64,000 nt of DNA from Auanema rhodensis (Eukaryota > Animalia > Nematoda), in the NCBI GenBank assembly GCA_964057225.1, contig OZ059900.1:18042001-18106000 (forward strand). Direction: 5' to 3'. The notes beneath the pieces were generated by a model. The model searched no databases. It was not told the DNA's origin and saw only the letters and a list, made by a program, of their open reading frames with translations. Position 1 is the first letter of the stretch. Each line of letters starts with the position of its first letter. Shown here in pieces: positions 24,635 to 39,684 of this stretch. The position numbers and the translations under genes are program-made.

Positions 24635-27600
24635 TTTCAGCGTGTTACATACTAAAATGAAGCATTTCACATGCTGAACACTAGAAAAATACAAAAACAC
24701 AGTATTTCCCATGAGAAATATTTTATTATGCTGGAAAACCAGTTTTTGGAAATTTCGCTGTAAACAAGGTTTTGACTTACGATTTCATGTGTTCAAACTC
24801 ATGCAATGTCAATGAAACCTAGCTCAAAATTGTTCGTACAACGTCTGGTTCCACTTTCACGACAAAAAAACAGGGGTTAGAAAATTAAGGAAATTAGCAT
24901 ATTCTGAGGGCACGCCCCTTATGGCTAATATTGATTAAATCGATTTTTGTTCATATGAGTCGTCAAATGCAACGAATTTCAGCGTGTTACATACTAAAAT
25001 GAAGCATTTTACATGCTGAACACTAGAAAAATACAAAAACACAGTATTTCCCATGAGAAATATTTTATTATGCTGGAAAACCAGTTTTTGGAAATTTCGC
25101 TGTAAACAAGGTTTTGACTTACGATTTCATGTGTTCAAACTCATGCAATGTCAATGAAACCTAGCTCAAAATTGTTCGTACAACGTCTAGTTCCACTTTC
25201 ACGACAAAAAAACAGGGGTTAGAAAATTAAGGAAATTAGCATATTCTGAGGGCACGCCCCTTATGGCTAATATTGATTAAATCGATTTTTGTTCATATGA
25301 GTCGTCAAATGCAACGAATTTCAGCGTGTTACATACTAAAATGAAGCATTTTACATGCTGAACACTAGAAAAATACAAAAACACAGTAATACCCATGAGA
25401 AATATTTTATTATGCTGGAAAACCAGTTTTTGGAAATTTCGCTGTAAACAAGGTTTTGACTTACGATTTCATGTGTTCAAACTCATGCAATGTCAATGAA
25501 ACCTAGCTCAAAATTGTTAATACAATGTCTAGTTCCACTTTCACGACAAAAAAACAGGGGTTAGAAAATTAAGGAAATTAGCATATTCTGAGGGCACGCC
25601 CTTTATGGCTAATATTGATTAAATCGATTTTTGTTCATATGAGTCGTCAAATGCAACGAATTTCAGCGTGTTACATACTAAAATGAAGCATTTTACATGC
25701 TGAACACTAGAAAAATACAAAAACACAGTATTTCCCATGAGAAATATTTTATTATGCTGGAAAACCAGTTTTTGGAAATTTCGCTGTAAACAAGGTTTTG
25801 ACTTACGATTTCATGTGTTCAAACTCATGCAATGTCAATGAAACCTAGCTCAAAATTGTTAATACAATGTCTAGTTCCACTTTCACGACAAAAAAACAGG
25901 GGTTAGAAAATTAAGGAAATTAGCATATTCTGAGGGCACGCCCTTTATGGCTAATATTGATTAAATCGATTTTTGTTCATATGAGTCGTCAATTGCAACG
26001 AATTTCAGCGTGTTACATACTAAAATGAAGCATTTTACATGCTGAACACTAGAAAAATACAAAAACACAGTATTTCCCATGAGAAATATTTTATTATGCT
26101 GGAAAACCAGTTTTTGGAAATTTCGCTGTAAACAAGGTTTTGACTTACGATTTCATGTGTTCAAACTCATGCAATGTCAATGAAACCCAGCTCAAAATTG
26201 TTCCTACAACGTCTTGTTCCACTTTCACGACAAAAAAACAGGGGTTAGAAAATTAAGGAAATTAGCATATTCTGAGGGCACGCCCCTTATGGCTAATATT
26301 GATTAAATCGATTTTTGTTCATATGAGTCGTCAAATGCAACGAATTTCAGCGTGTTACATACTAAAATGAAGCATTTTACATGCTGAACACTAGAAAAAT
26401 ACAAAAACACAGTATTTCCCATGAGAAATATTTTATTATGCTGGAAAACCAGTTTTTGGAAATTTCGCTGTAAACAAGGTTTTGACTTACGATTTCATGT
26501 GTTCAAACTCATGCAATGTCAATGAAACCTAGCTCAAAATTGTTCGTACAACGTCTAGTTCCACTTTCACGACAAAAAAACAGGGGTTAGAAAATTAAGG
26601 AAATTAGCATATTCTGAGGGCACGCCCCTTATGGCTAATATTGATTAAATCGATTTTTGTTCATATGAGTCGTCAAATGCAACGAATTTCAGCGTGTTAC
26701 ATACTAAAATGAAGCATTTCACATGCTGAACACTAGAAAAATACAAAAACACAGTATTTCCCATGAGAAATATTTTATTATGCTGGAAAACCAGTTTTTG
26801 GAAATTTCGCTGTAAACAAGGTTTTGACTTACGATTTCATGTGTTCAAACTCATGCAATGTCAATGAAACCTAGCTCAAAATTGTTCGTACAACGTCTGG
26901 TTCCACTTTCACGACAAAAAAACAGGGGTTAGAAAATTAAGGAAATTAGCATATTCTGAGGGCACGCCCCTTATGGCTAATATTGATTAAATCGATTTTT
27001 GTTCATATGAGTCGTCAAATGCAACGAATTTCAGCGTGTTACATACTAAAATGAAGCATTTTACATGCTGAACACTAGAAAAATACAAAAACACAGTATT
27101 TCCCATGAGAAATATTTTATTATGCTGGAAAACCAGTTTTTGGAAATTTCGCTGTAAACAAGGTTTTGACTTACGATTTCATGTGTTCAAACTCATGCAA
27201 TGTCAATGAAACCTAGCTCAAAATTGTTCGTACAACGTCTAGTTCCACTTTCACGACAAAAAAACAGGGGTTAGAAAATTAAGGAAATTAGCATATTCTG
27301 AGGGCACGCCCCTTATGGCTAATATTGATTAAATCGATTTTTGTTCATATGAGTCGTCAAATGCAACGAATTTCAGCGTGTTACATACTAAAATGAAGCA
27401 TTTTACATGCTGAACACTAGAAAAATACAAAAACACAGTAATACCCATGAGAAATATTTTATTATGCTGGAAAACCAGTTTTTGGAAATTTCGCTGTAAA
27501 CAAGGTTTTGACTTACGATTTCATGTGTTCAAACTCATGCAATGTCAATGAAACCTAGCTCAAAATTGTTAATACAATGTCTAGTTCCACTTTCACGACA

Positions 27601-28738
27601 AAAAAACAGGGGTTAGAAAATTAAGGAAATTAGCATATTCTGAGGGCACGCCCTTTATGGCTAATATTGATTAAATCGATTTTTGTTCATATGAGTCGTC
27701 AAATGCAACGAATTTCAGCGTGTTACATACTAAAATGAAGCATTTTACATGCTGAACACTAGAAAAATACAAAAACACAGTATTTCCCATGAGAAATATT
27801 TTATTATGCTGGAAAACCAGTTTTTGGAAATTTCGCTGTAAACAAGGTTTTGACTTACGATTTCATGTGTTCAAACTCATGCAATGTCAATGAAACCTAG
27901 CTCAAAATTGTTAATACAATGTCTAGTTCCACTTTCACGACAAAAAAACAGGGGTTAGAAAATTAAGGAAATTAGCATATTCTGAGGGCACGCCCTTTAT
28001 GGCTAATATTGATTAAATCGATTTTTGTTCATATGAGTCGTCAATTGCAACGAATTTCAGCGTGTTACATACTAAAATGAAGCATTTTACATGCTGAACA
28101 CTAGAAAAATACAAAAACACAGTATTTCCCATGAGAAATATTTTATTATGCTGGAAAACCAGTTTTTGGAAATTTCGCTGTAAACAAGGTTTTGACTTAC
28201 GATTTCATGTGTTCAAACTCATGCAATGTCAATGAAACCCAGCTCAAAATTGTTCCTACAACGTCTTGTTCCACTTTCACGACAAAAAAACAGGGGTTAG
28301 AAAATTAAGGAAATTAGCATATTCTGAGGGCACGCCCCTTATGGCTAATATTGATTAAATCGATTTTTGTTCATATGAGTCGTCAAATGCAACGAATTTC
28401 AGCGTGTTACATACTAAAATGAAGCATTTTACATGCTGAACACTAGAAAAATACAAAAACACAGTATTTCCCATGAGAAATATTTTATTATGCTGGAAAA
28501 CCAGTTTTTGGAAATTTCGCTGTAAACAAGGTTTTGACTTACGATTTCATGTGTTCAAACTCATGCAATGTCAATGAAACCTAGCTCAAAATTGTTCGTA
28601 CAACGTCTAGTTCCACTTTCACGACAAAAAAACAGGGGTTAGAAAATTAAGGAAATTAGCATATTCTGAGGGCACGCCCCTTATGGCTAATATTGATTAA
28701 ATCGATTTTTGTTCATATGAGTCGTCAAATGCAACGAA
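24635..28738 (-). repeat. Tandem duplication of a 6-monomer (2052-bp) block
   Basis: The linked variants CAATTGC / AAACCCAG / GTCTTGTT start at 25993 and again at 28045 (2052 = 6 x 342), with the same monomer order. Boundaries are approximate. Confidence 0.85.
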
Positions 28739-31700
28739 TTTCAGCGTGTTACATACTAAAATGAAGCATTTTACATGCTGAACACTAGAAAAATACAAAA
28801 ACACAGTATTTCCCATGAGAAATATTTTATTATGCTGGAAAACCAGTTTTTGAAAATTTCGCTGTAAACAAGGTTTTGACTTACGATTTCATGTGTTCAA
28901 ACTCATGCAATGTCAATGAAACCTAGCTCAAAATTGTTCCTACAACGTCTAGTTCCACTTTCACGACAAAAAAACAGGGGTTAGAAAATTAAGGAAATTA
29001 GCATATTCTGAGGGCACGCCCTTTATGGCTAATATTGATTAAATCGATTTTTGTTCATATGAGTCGTCAAATGCAACGAATTTCAGCGTGTTACATACTA
29101 AAATGAAGCATTTTACATGCTGAACACTAGAAAAATACAAAAACACAGTATTTCCCATGAGAAATATTTTATTATGCTGGAAAACCAGTTTTTGGAAATT
29201 TCGCTGTAAACAAGGTTTTGACTTACGATTTCATGTGTTCAAACTCATGCAATGTCAATGAAACCTAGCTCAAAATTGTTCCTACAACGTCTAGTTCCAC
29301 TTTCACGACAAAAAAACAGGGGTTAGAAAATTAAGGAAATTAGCATATTCTGAGGGCACGCCCCTTATGGCTAATATTGATTAAATCGATTTTTGTTCAT
29401 ATGAGTCGTCAAATGCAACGAATTTCAGCGTGTTACATACTAAAATGAAGCATTTCACATGCTGAACACTAGAAAAATACAAAAACACAGTAATACCCAT
29501 GAGAAATATTTTATTATGCTGGAAAACCAGTTTTTGGAAATTTCGCTGTAAACAAGGTTTTGACTTACGATTTCATGTGTTCAAACTCATGCAATGTCAA
29601 TGAAACCTAGCTCAAAATTGTTCCTACAACGTCTAGTTCCACTTTCACGACAAAAAAACAGGGGTTAGAAAATTAAGGAAATTAGCATATTCTGAGGGCA
29701 CGCCCTTTATGGCTAATATTGATTAAATCGATTTTTGTTCATATGAGTCGTCAAATGCAACGAATTTCAGCGTGTTACATACTAAAATGAAGCATTTCAC
29801 ATGCTGAACACTAGAAAAATACAAAAACACAGTATTTCCCATGAGAAATATTTTATTATGCTGGAAAACCAGTTTTTGGAAATTTCGCTGTAAACAAGGT
29901 TTTGACTTACGATTTCATGTGTTCAAACTCATGCAATGTCAATGAAACCTAGCTCAAAATTGTTCCTACAACGTCTAGTTCCACTTTCACGACAAAAAAA
30001 CAGGGGTTAGAAAATTAAGGAAATTAGCATATTCTGAGGGCACGCCCCTTATGGCTAATATTGATTAAATCGATTTTTGTTCATATGAGTCGTCAAATGC
30101 AACGAATTTCAGCGTGTTACATACTAAAATGAAGCATTTCACATGCTGAACACTAGAAAAATACAAAAACACAGTAATACCCATGAGAAATATTTTATTA
30201 TGCTGGAAAACCAGTTTTTGGAAATTTCGCTGTAAACAAGGTTTTGACTTACGATTTCATGTGTTCAAACTCATGCAATGTCAATGAAACCTAGCTCAAA
30301 ATTGTTCCTACAACGTCTAGTTCCACTTTCACGACAAAAAAACAGGGGTTAGAAAATTAAGGAAATTAGCATATTCTGAGGGCACGCCCCTTATGGCTAA
30401 TATTGATTAAATCGATTTTTGTTCATATGAGTCGTCAAATGCAACGAATTTCAGCGTGTTACATACTAAAATGAAGCATTTCACATGCTGAACACTAGAA
30501 AAATACAAAAACACAGTATTTCCCATGAGAAATATTTTATTATGCTGGAAAACCAGTTTTTGGAAATTTCGCTGTAAACAAGGTTTTGACTTACGATTTC
30601 ATGTGTTCAAACTCATGCAATGTCAATGAAACCTAGCTCAAAATTGTTCGTACAACGTCTAGTTCCACTTTCACGACAAAAAAACAGGGGTTAGAAAATT
30701 AAGGAAATTAGCATATTCTGAGGGCACGCCCCTTATGGCTAATATTGATTAAATCGATTTTTGTTCATATGAGTCGTCAAATGCAACGAATTTCAGCGTG
30801 TTACATACTAAAATGAAGCATTTTACATGCTGAACACTAGAAAAATACAAAAACACAGTATTTCCCATGAGAAATATTTTATTATGCTGGAAAACCAGTT
30901 TTTGGAAATTTCGCTGTAAACAAGGTTTTGACTTACGATTTCATGTGTTCAAACTCATGCAATGTCAATGAAACCTAGCTCAAAATTGTTCCTACAACGT
31001 CTAGTTCCACTTTCACGACAAAAAAACAGGGGTTAGAAAATTAAGGAAATTAGCATATTCTGAGGGCACGCCCTTTATGGCTAATATTGATTAAATCGAT
31101 TTTTGTTCATATGAGTCGTCAAATGCAACGAATTTCAGCGTGTTACATACTAAAATGAAGCATTTCACATGCTGAACACTAGAAAAATACAAAAACACAG
31201 TAATACCCATGAGAAATATTTTATTATGCTGGAAAACCAGTTTTTGGAAATTTCGCTGTAAACAAGGTTTTGACTTACGATTTCATGTGTTCAAACTCAT
31301 GCAATGTCAATGAAACCTAGCTCAAAATTGTTCGTACAACGTCTGGTTCCACTTTCACGACAAAAAAACAGGGGTTAGAAAATTAAGGAAATTAGCATAT
31401 TCTGAGGGCACGCCCCTTATGGCTAATATTGATTAAATCGATTTTTGTTCATATGAGTCGTCAAATGCAACGAATTTCAGCGTGTTACATACTAAAATGA
31501 AGCATTTTACATGCTGAACACTAGAAAAATACAAAAACACAGTATTTCCCATGAGAAATATTTTATTATGCTGGAAAACCAGTTTTTGGAAATTTCGCTG
31601 TAAACAAGGTTTTGACTTACGATTTCATGTGTTCAAACTCATGCAATGTCAATGAAACCTAGCTCAAAATTGTTCGTACAACGTCTAGTTCCACTTTCAC

Positions 31701-33528
31701 GACAAAAAAACAGGGGTTAGAAAATTAAGGAAATTAGCATATTCTGAGGGCACGCCCCTTATGGCTAATATTGATTAAATCGATTTTTGTTCATATGAGT
31801 CGTCAAATGCAACGAATTTCAGCGTGTTACATACTAAAATGAAGCATTTTACATGCTGAACACTAGAAAAATACAAAAACACAGTAATACCCATGAGAAA
31901 TATTTTATTATGCTGGAAAACCAGTTTTTGGAAATTTCGCTGTAAACAAGGTTTTGACTTACGATTTCATGTGTTCAAACTCATGCAATGTCAATGAAAC
32001 CTAGCTCAAAATTGTTAATACAATGTCTAGTTCCACTTTCACGACAAAAAAACAGGGGTTAGAAAATTAAGGAAATTAGCATATTCTGAGGGCACGCCCT
32101 TTATGGCTAATATTGATTAAATCGATTTTTGTTCATATGAGTCGTCAAATGCAACGAATTTCAGCGTGTTACATACTAAAATGAAGCATTTTACATGCTG
32201 AACACTAGAAAAATACAAAAACACAGTATTTCCCATGAGAAATATTTTATTATGCTGGAAAACCAGTTTTTGGAAATTTCGCTGTAAACAAGGTTTTGAC
32301 TTACGATTTCATGTGTTCAAACTCATGCAATGTCAATGAAACCTAGCTCAAAATTGTTAATACAATGTCTAGTTCCACTTTCACGACTAAAAAACAGGGG
32401 TTAGAAAATTAAGGAAATTAGCATATTCTGAGGGCACGCCCCTTATGGCTAATATTGATTAAATCGATTTTTGTTCATATGAGTCGTCAAATGCAACGAA
32501 TTTCAGCGTGTTACATACTAAAATGAAGCATTTTACATGCTGAACACTAGAAAAATACAAAAACACAGTATTTCCCATGAGAAATATTTTATTATGCTGG
32601 AAAACCAGTTTTTGGAAATTTCGCTGTAAACAAGGTTTTGACTTACGATTTCATGTGTTCAAACTCATGCAATGTCAATGAAACCTAGCTCAAAATTGTT
32701 CGTACAACGTCTAGTTCCACTTTCACGACTAAAAAACAGGGGTTAGAAAATTAAGGAAATTAGCATATTCTGAGGGCACGCCCCTTATGGCTAATATTGA
32801 TTAAATCGATTTTTGTTCATATGAGTCGTCAAATGCAACGAATTTCAGCGTGTTACATACTAAAATGAAGCATTTCACATGCTGAACACTAGAAAAATAC
32901 AAAAACACAGTATTTCCCATGAGAAATATTTTATTATGCTGGAAAACCAGTTTTTGGAAATTTCGCTGTAAACAAGGTTTTGACTTACGATTTCATGTGT
33001 TCAAACTCATGCAATGTCAATGAAACCTAGCTCAAAATTGTTTGTACAACGTCTGGTTCCACTTTCACGACAAAAAAAAACAGGGGTTAGAAAATTAAGG
33101 AAATTAGCATATTCTGAGGGCACGCCCTTTATGGCTAATATTGATTAAATCGATTTTTGTTCATATGAGTCGTCAAATGCAACGAATTTCAGCGTGTTAC
33201 ATACTAAAATGAAGCATTTTACATGCTGAACACTAGAAAAATACAAAAACACAGTATTTCCCATGAGAAATATTTTATTATGCTGGAAAACCAGTTTTTG
33301 GAAATTTCGCTGTAAACAAGGTTTTGACTTACGATTTCATGTGTTCAAACTCATGCAATGTCAATGAAACCTAGCTCAAAATTGTTCGTACAACGTCTAG
33401 TTCCACTTTCACGACAAAAAAACAGGGGTTAGAAAATTAAGGAAATTAGCATATTCTGAGGGCACGCCCCTTATGGCTAATATTGATTAAATCGATTTTT
33501 GTTCATATGAGTCGTCAAATGCAACGAA

Positions 33529-36500
33529 TTTCAGCGTGTTACATACTAAAATGAAGCATTTTACATGCTGAACACTAGAAAAATACAAAAACACAGTAAT
33601 ACCCATGAGAAATATTTTATTATGCTGGAAAACCAGTTTTTGGAAATTTCGCTGTAAACAAGGTTTTGACTTACGATTTCATGTGTTCAAACTCATGCAA
33701 TGTCAATGAAACCTAGCTCAAAATTGTTAATACAATGTCTAGTTCCACTTTCACGACAAAAAAACAGGGGTTAGAAAATTAAGGAAATTAGCATATTCTG
33801 AGGGCACGCCCCTTATGGCTAATATTGATTAAATCGATTTTTGTTCATATGAGTCGTCAAATGCAACGAATTTCAGCGTGTTACATACTAAAATGAAGCA
33901 TTTTACATGCTGAACACTAGAAAAATACAAAAACACAGTATTTCCCATGAGAAATATTTTATTATGCTGGAAAACCAGTTTTTGGAAATTTCGCTGTAAA
34001 CAAGGTTTTGACTTACGATTTCATGTGTTCAAACTCATGCAATGTCAATGAAACCTAGCTCAAAATTGTTCCTACAACGTCTAGTTCCACTTTCACGACA
34101 AAAAAACAGGGGTTAGAAAATTAAGGAAATTAGCATATTCTGAGGGCACGCCCCTTATGGCTAATATTGATTAAATCGATTTTTGTTCATATGAGTCGTC
34201 AAATGCAACGAATTTCAGCGTGTTACATACTAAAATGAAGCATTTTACATGCTGAACACTAGAAAAATACAAAAACACAGTAATACCCATGAGAAATATT
34301 TTATTATGCTGGAAAACCAGTTTTTGGAAATTTCGCTGTAAACAAGGTTTTGACTTACGATTTCATGTGTTCAAACTCATGCAATGTCAATGAAACCTAG
34401 CTCAAAATTGTTAATACAATGTCTAGTTCCACTTTCACGACAAAAAAACAGGGGTTAGAAAATTAAGGAAATTAGCATATTCTGAGGGCACGCCCCTTAT
34501 GGCTAATATTGATTAAATCGATTTTTGTTCATATGAGTCGTCAAATGCAACGAATTTCAGCGTGTTACATACTAAAATGAAGCATTTTACATGCTGAACA
34601 CTAGAAAAATACAAAAACACAGTATTTCCCATGAGAAATATTTTATTATGCTGGAAAACCAGTTTTTGGAAATTTCGCTGTAAACAAGGTTTTGACTTAC
34701 GATTTCATGTGTTCAAACTCATGCAATGTCAATGAAACCTAGCTCAAAATTGTTCCTACAACGTCTAGTTCCACTTTCACGACAAAAAAACAGGGGTTAG
34801 AAAATTAAGGAAATTAGCATATTCTGAGGGCACGCCCTTTATGGCTAATATTGATTAAATCGATTTTTGTTCATATGAGTCGTCAAATGCAACGAATTTC
34901 AGCGTGTTACATACTAAAATGAAGCATTTCACATGCTGAACACTAGAAAAATACAAAAACACAGTATTTCCCATGAGAAATATTTTATTATGCTGGAAAA
35001 CCAGTTTTTGGAAGTTTCGCTGTAAACAAGGTTTTGACTTACGATTTCATGTGTTCAAACTCATGCAATGTCAATGAAACCTAGCTCAAAATTGTTCGTA
35101 CAACGTCTAGTTCCACTTTCACGACAAAAAAACAGGGGTTAGAAAATTAAGGAAATTAGCATATTCTGAGGGCACGCCCCTTATGGCTAATATTGATTAA
35201 ATCGATTTTTGTTCATATGAGTCGTCAAATGCAACGAATTTCAGCGTGTTACATACTAAAATGAAGCATTTCACATGCTGAACACTAGAAAAATACAAAA
35301 ACACAGTATTTCCCATGAGAAATATTTTATTATGCTGGAAAACCAGTTTTTGGAAATTTCGCTGTAAACAAGGTTTTGACTTACGATTTCATGTGTTCAA
35401 ACTCATGCAATGTCAATGAAACCTAGCTCAAAATTGTTCCTACAACGTCTAGTTCCACTTTCACGACAAAAAAACAGGGGTTAGAAAATTAAGGAAATTA
35501 GCATATTCTGAGGGCACGCCCCTTATGGCTAATATTGATTAAATCGATTTTTGTTCATATGAGTCGTCAAATGCAACGAATTTCAGCGTGTTACATACTA
35601 AAATGAAGCATTTTACATGCTGAACACTAGAAAAATACAAAAACACAGTAATACCCATGAGAAATATTTTATTATGCTGGAAAACCAGTTTTTGGAAATT
35701 TCGCTGTAAACAAGGTTTTGACTTACGATTTCATGTGTTCAAACTCATGCAATGTCAATGAAACCTAGCTCAAAATTGTTCCTACAACGTCTAGTTCCAC
35801 TTTCACGACAAAAAAACAGGGGTTAGAAAATTAAGGAAATTAGCATATTCTGAGGGCACGCCCTTTATGGCTAATATTGATTAAATCGATTTTTGTTCAT
35901 ATGAGTCGTCAAATGCAACGAATTTCAGCGTGTTACATACTAAAATGAAGCATTTCACATGCTGAACACTAGAAAAATACAAAAACACAGTATTTCCCAT
36001 GAGAAATATTTTATTATGCTGGAAAACCAGTTTTTGGAAATTTCGCTGTAAACAAGGTTTTGACTTACGATTTCATGTGTTCAAACTCATGCAATGTCAA
36101 TGAAACCTAGCTCAAAATTGTTCGTACAACGTCTAGTTCCACTTTCACGACAAAAAAACAGGGGTTAGAAAATTAAGGAAATTAGCATATTCTGAGGGCA
36201 CGCCCCTTATGGCTAATATTGATTAAATCGATTTTTGTTCATATGAGTCGTCAAATGCAACGAATTTCAGCGTGTTACATACTAAAATGAAGCATTTTAC
36301 ATGCTGAACACTAGAAAAATACAAAAACACAGTATTTCCCATGAGAAATATTTTATTATGCTGGAAAACCAGTTTTTGGAAATTTCGCTGTAAACAAGGT
36401 TTTGACTTACGATTTCATGTGTTCAAACTCATGCAATGTCAATGAAACCTAGCTCAAAATTGTTCGTACAACGTCTAGTTCCACTTTCACGACAAAAAAA

Positions 36501-39500
36501 CAGGGGTTAGAAAATTAAGGAAATTAGCATATTCTGAGGGCACGCCCTTTATGGCTAATATTGATTAAATCGATTTTTGTTCATATGAGTCGTCAAATGC
36601 AACGAATTTCAGCGTGTTACATACTAAAATGAAGCATTTTACATGCTGAACACTAGAAAAATACAAAAACACAGTATTTCCCATGAGAAATATTTTATTA
36701 TGCTGGAAAACCAGTTTTTGGAAATTTCGCTGTAAACAAGGTTTTGACTTACGATTTCATGTGTTCAAACTCATGCAATGTCAATGAAACCTAGCTCAAA
36801 ATTGTTAATACAATGTCTAGTTCCACTTTCACGACAAAAAAACAGGGGTTAGAAAATTAAGGAAATTAGCATATTCTGAGGGCACGCCCCTTATGGCTAA
36901 TATTGATTAAATCGATTTTTGTTCATATGAGTCGTCAAATGCAACGAATTTCAGCGTGTTACATACTAAAATGAAGCATTTTACATGCTGAACACTAGAA
37001 AAATACAAAAACACAGTATTTCCCATGAGAAATATTTTATTATGCTGGAAAACCAGTTTTTGGAAATTTCGCTGTAAACAAGGTTTTGACTTACGATTTC
37101 ATGTGTTCAAACTCATGCAATGTCAATGAAACCTAGCTCAAAATTGTTCCTACAACGTCTAGTTCCACTTTCACGACAAAAAAACAGGGGTTAGAAAATT
37201 AAGGAAATTAGCATATTCTGAGGGCACGCCCCTTATGGCTAATATTGATTAAATCGATTTTTGTTCATATGAGTCGTCAAATGCAACGAATTTCAGCGTG
37301 TTACATACTAAAATGAAGCATTTTACATGCTGAACACTAGAAAAATACAAAAACACAGTAATACCCATGAGAAATATTTTATTATGCTGGAAAACCAGTT
37401 TTTGGAAATTTCGCTGTAAACAAGGTTTTGACTTACGATTTCATGTGTTCAAACTCATGCAATGTCAATGAAACCTAGCTCAAAATTGTTAATACAATGT
37501 CTAGTTCCACTTTCACGACAAAAAAACAGGGGTTAGAAAATTAAGGAAATTAGCATATTCTGAGGGCACGCCCCTTATGGCTAATATTGATTAAATCGAT
37601 TTTTGTTCATATGAGTCGTCAAATGCAACGAATTTCAGCGTGTTACATACTAAAATGAAGCATTTTACATGCTGAACACTAGAAAAATACAAAAACACAG
37701 TATTTCCCATGAGAAATATTTTATTATGCTGGAAAACCAGTTTTTGGAAATTTCGCTGTAAACAAGGTTTTGACTTACGATTTCATGTGTTCAAACTCAT
37801 GCAATGTCAATGAAACCTAGCTCAAAATTGTTCCTACAACGTCTAGTTCCACTTTCACGACAAAAAAACAGGGGTTAGAAAATTAAGGAAATTAGCATAT
37901 TCTGAGGGCACGCCCTTTATGGCTAATATTGATTAAATCGATTTTTGTTCATATGAGTCGTCAAATGCAACGAATTTCAGCGTGTTACATACTAAAATGA
38001 AGCATTTCACATGCTGAACACTAGAAAAATACAAAAACACAGTATTTCCCATGAGAAATATTTTATTATGCTGGAAAACCAGTTTTTGGAAGTTTCGCTG
38101 TAAACAAGGTTTTGACTTACGATTTCATGTGTTCAAACTCATGCAATGTCAATGAAACCTAGCTCAAAATTGTTCGTACAACGTCTAGTTCCACTTTCAC
38201 GACAAAAAAACAGGGGTTAGAAAATTAAGGAAATTAGCATATTCTGAGGGCACGCCCCTTATGGCTAATATTGATTAAATCGATTTTTGTTCATATGAGT
38301 CGTCAAATGCAACGAATTTCAGCGTGTTACATACTAAAATGAAGCATTTCACATGCTGAACACTAGAAAAATACAAAAACACAGTATTTCCCATGAGAAA
38401 TATTTTATTATGCTGGAAAACCAGTTTTTGGAAATTTCGCTGTAAACAAGGTTTTGACTTACGATTTCATGTGTTCAAACTCATGCAATGTCAATGAAAC
38501 CTAGCTCAAAATTGTTCCTACAACGTCTAGTTCCACTTTCACGACAAAAAAACAGGGGTTAGAAAATTAAGGAAATTAGCATATTCTGAGGGCACGCCCC
38601 TTATGGCTAATATTGATTAAATCGATTTTTGTTCATATGAGTCGTCAAATGCAACGAATTTCAGCGTGTTACATACTAAAATGAAGCATTTTACATGCTG
38701 AACACTAGAAAAATACAAAAACACAGTAATACCCATGAGAAATATTTTATTATGCTGGAAAACCAGTTTTTGGAAATTTCGCTGTAAACAAGGTTTTGAC
38801 TTACGATTTCATGTGTTCAAACTCATGCAATGTCAATGAAACCTAGCTCAAAATTGTTCCTACAACGTCTAGTTCCACTTTCACGACAAAAAAACAGGGG
38901 TTAGAAAATTAAGGAAATTAGCATATTCTGAGGGCACGCCCTTTATGGCTAATATTGATTAAATCGATTTTTGTTCATATGAGTCGTCAAATGCAACGAA
39001 TTTCAGCGTGTTACATACTAAAATGAAGCATTTCACATGCTGAACACTAGAAAAATACAAAAACACAGTATTTCCCATGAGAAATATTTTATTATGCTGG
39101 AAAACCAGTTTTTGGAAATTTCGCTGTAAACAAGGTTTTGACTTACGATTTCATGTGTTCAAACTCATGCAATGTCAATGAAACCTAGCTCAAAATTGTT
39201 CGTACAACGTCTAGTTCCACTTTCACGACAAAAAAACAGGGGTTAGAAAATTAAGGAAATTAGCATATTCTGAGGGCACGCCCCTTATGGCTAATATTGA
39301 TTAAATCGATTTTTGTTCATATGAGTCGTCAAATGCAACGAATTTCAGCGTGTTACATACTAAAATGAAGCATTTTACATGCTGAACACTAGAAAAATAC
39401 AAAAACACAGTATTTCCCATGAGAAATATTTTATTATGCTGGAAAACCAGTTTTTGGAAATTTCGCTGTAAACAAGGTTTTGACTTACGATTTCATGTGT

Positions 39501-39684
39501 TCAAACTCATGCAATGTCAATGAAACCTAGCTCAAAATTGTTCGTACAACGTCTAGTTCCACTTTCACGACAAAAAAACAGGGGTTAGAAAATTAAGGAA
39601 ATTAGCATATTCTGAGGGCACGCCCTTTATGGCTAATATTGATTAAATCGATTTTTGTTCATATGAGTCGTCAAATGCAACGAA
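33529..39684 (-). repeat. Tandem duplication of a 9-monomer (3078-bp) block
   Basis: The private variant GGAAGTTTCG occurs at 35014 and 38092 (3078 = 9 x 342). The order of common variants in the flanking monomers is also repeated. Boundaries are approximate. Confidence 0.85.
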
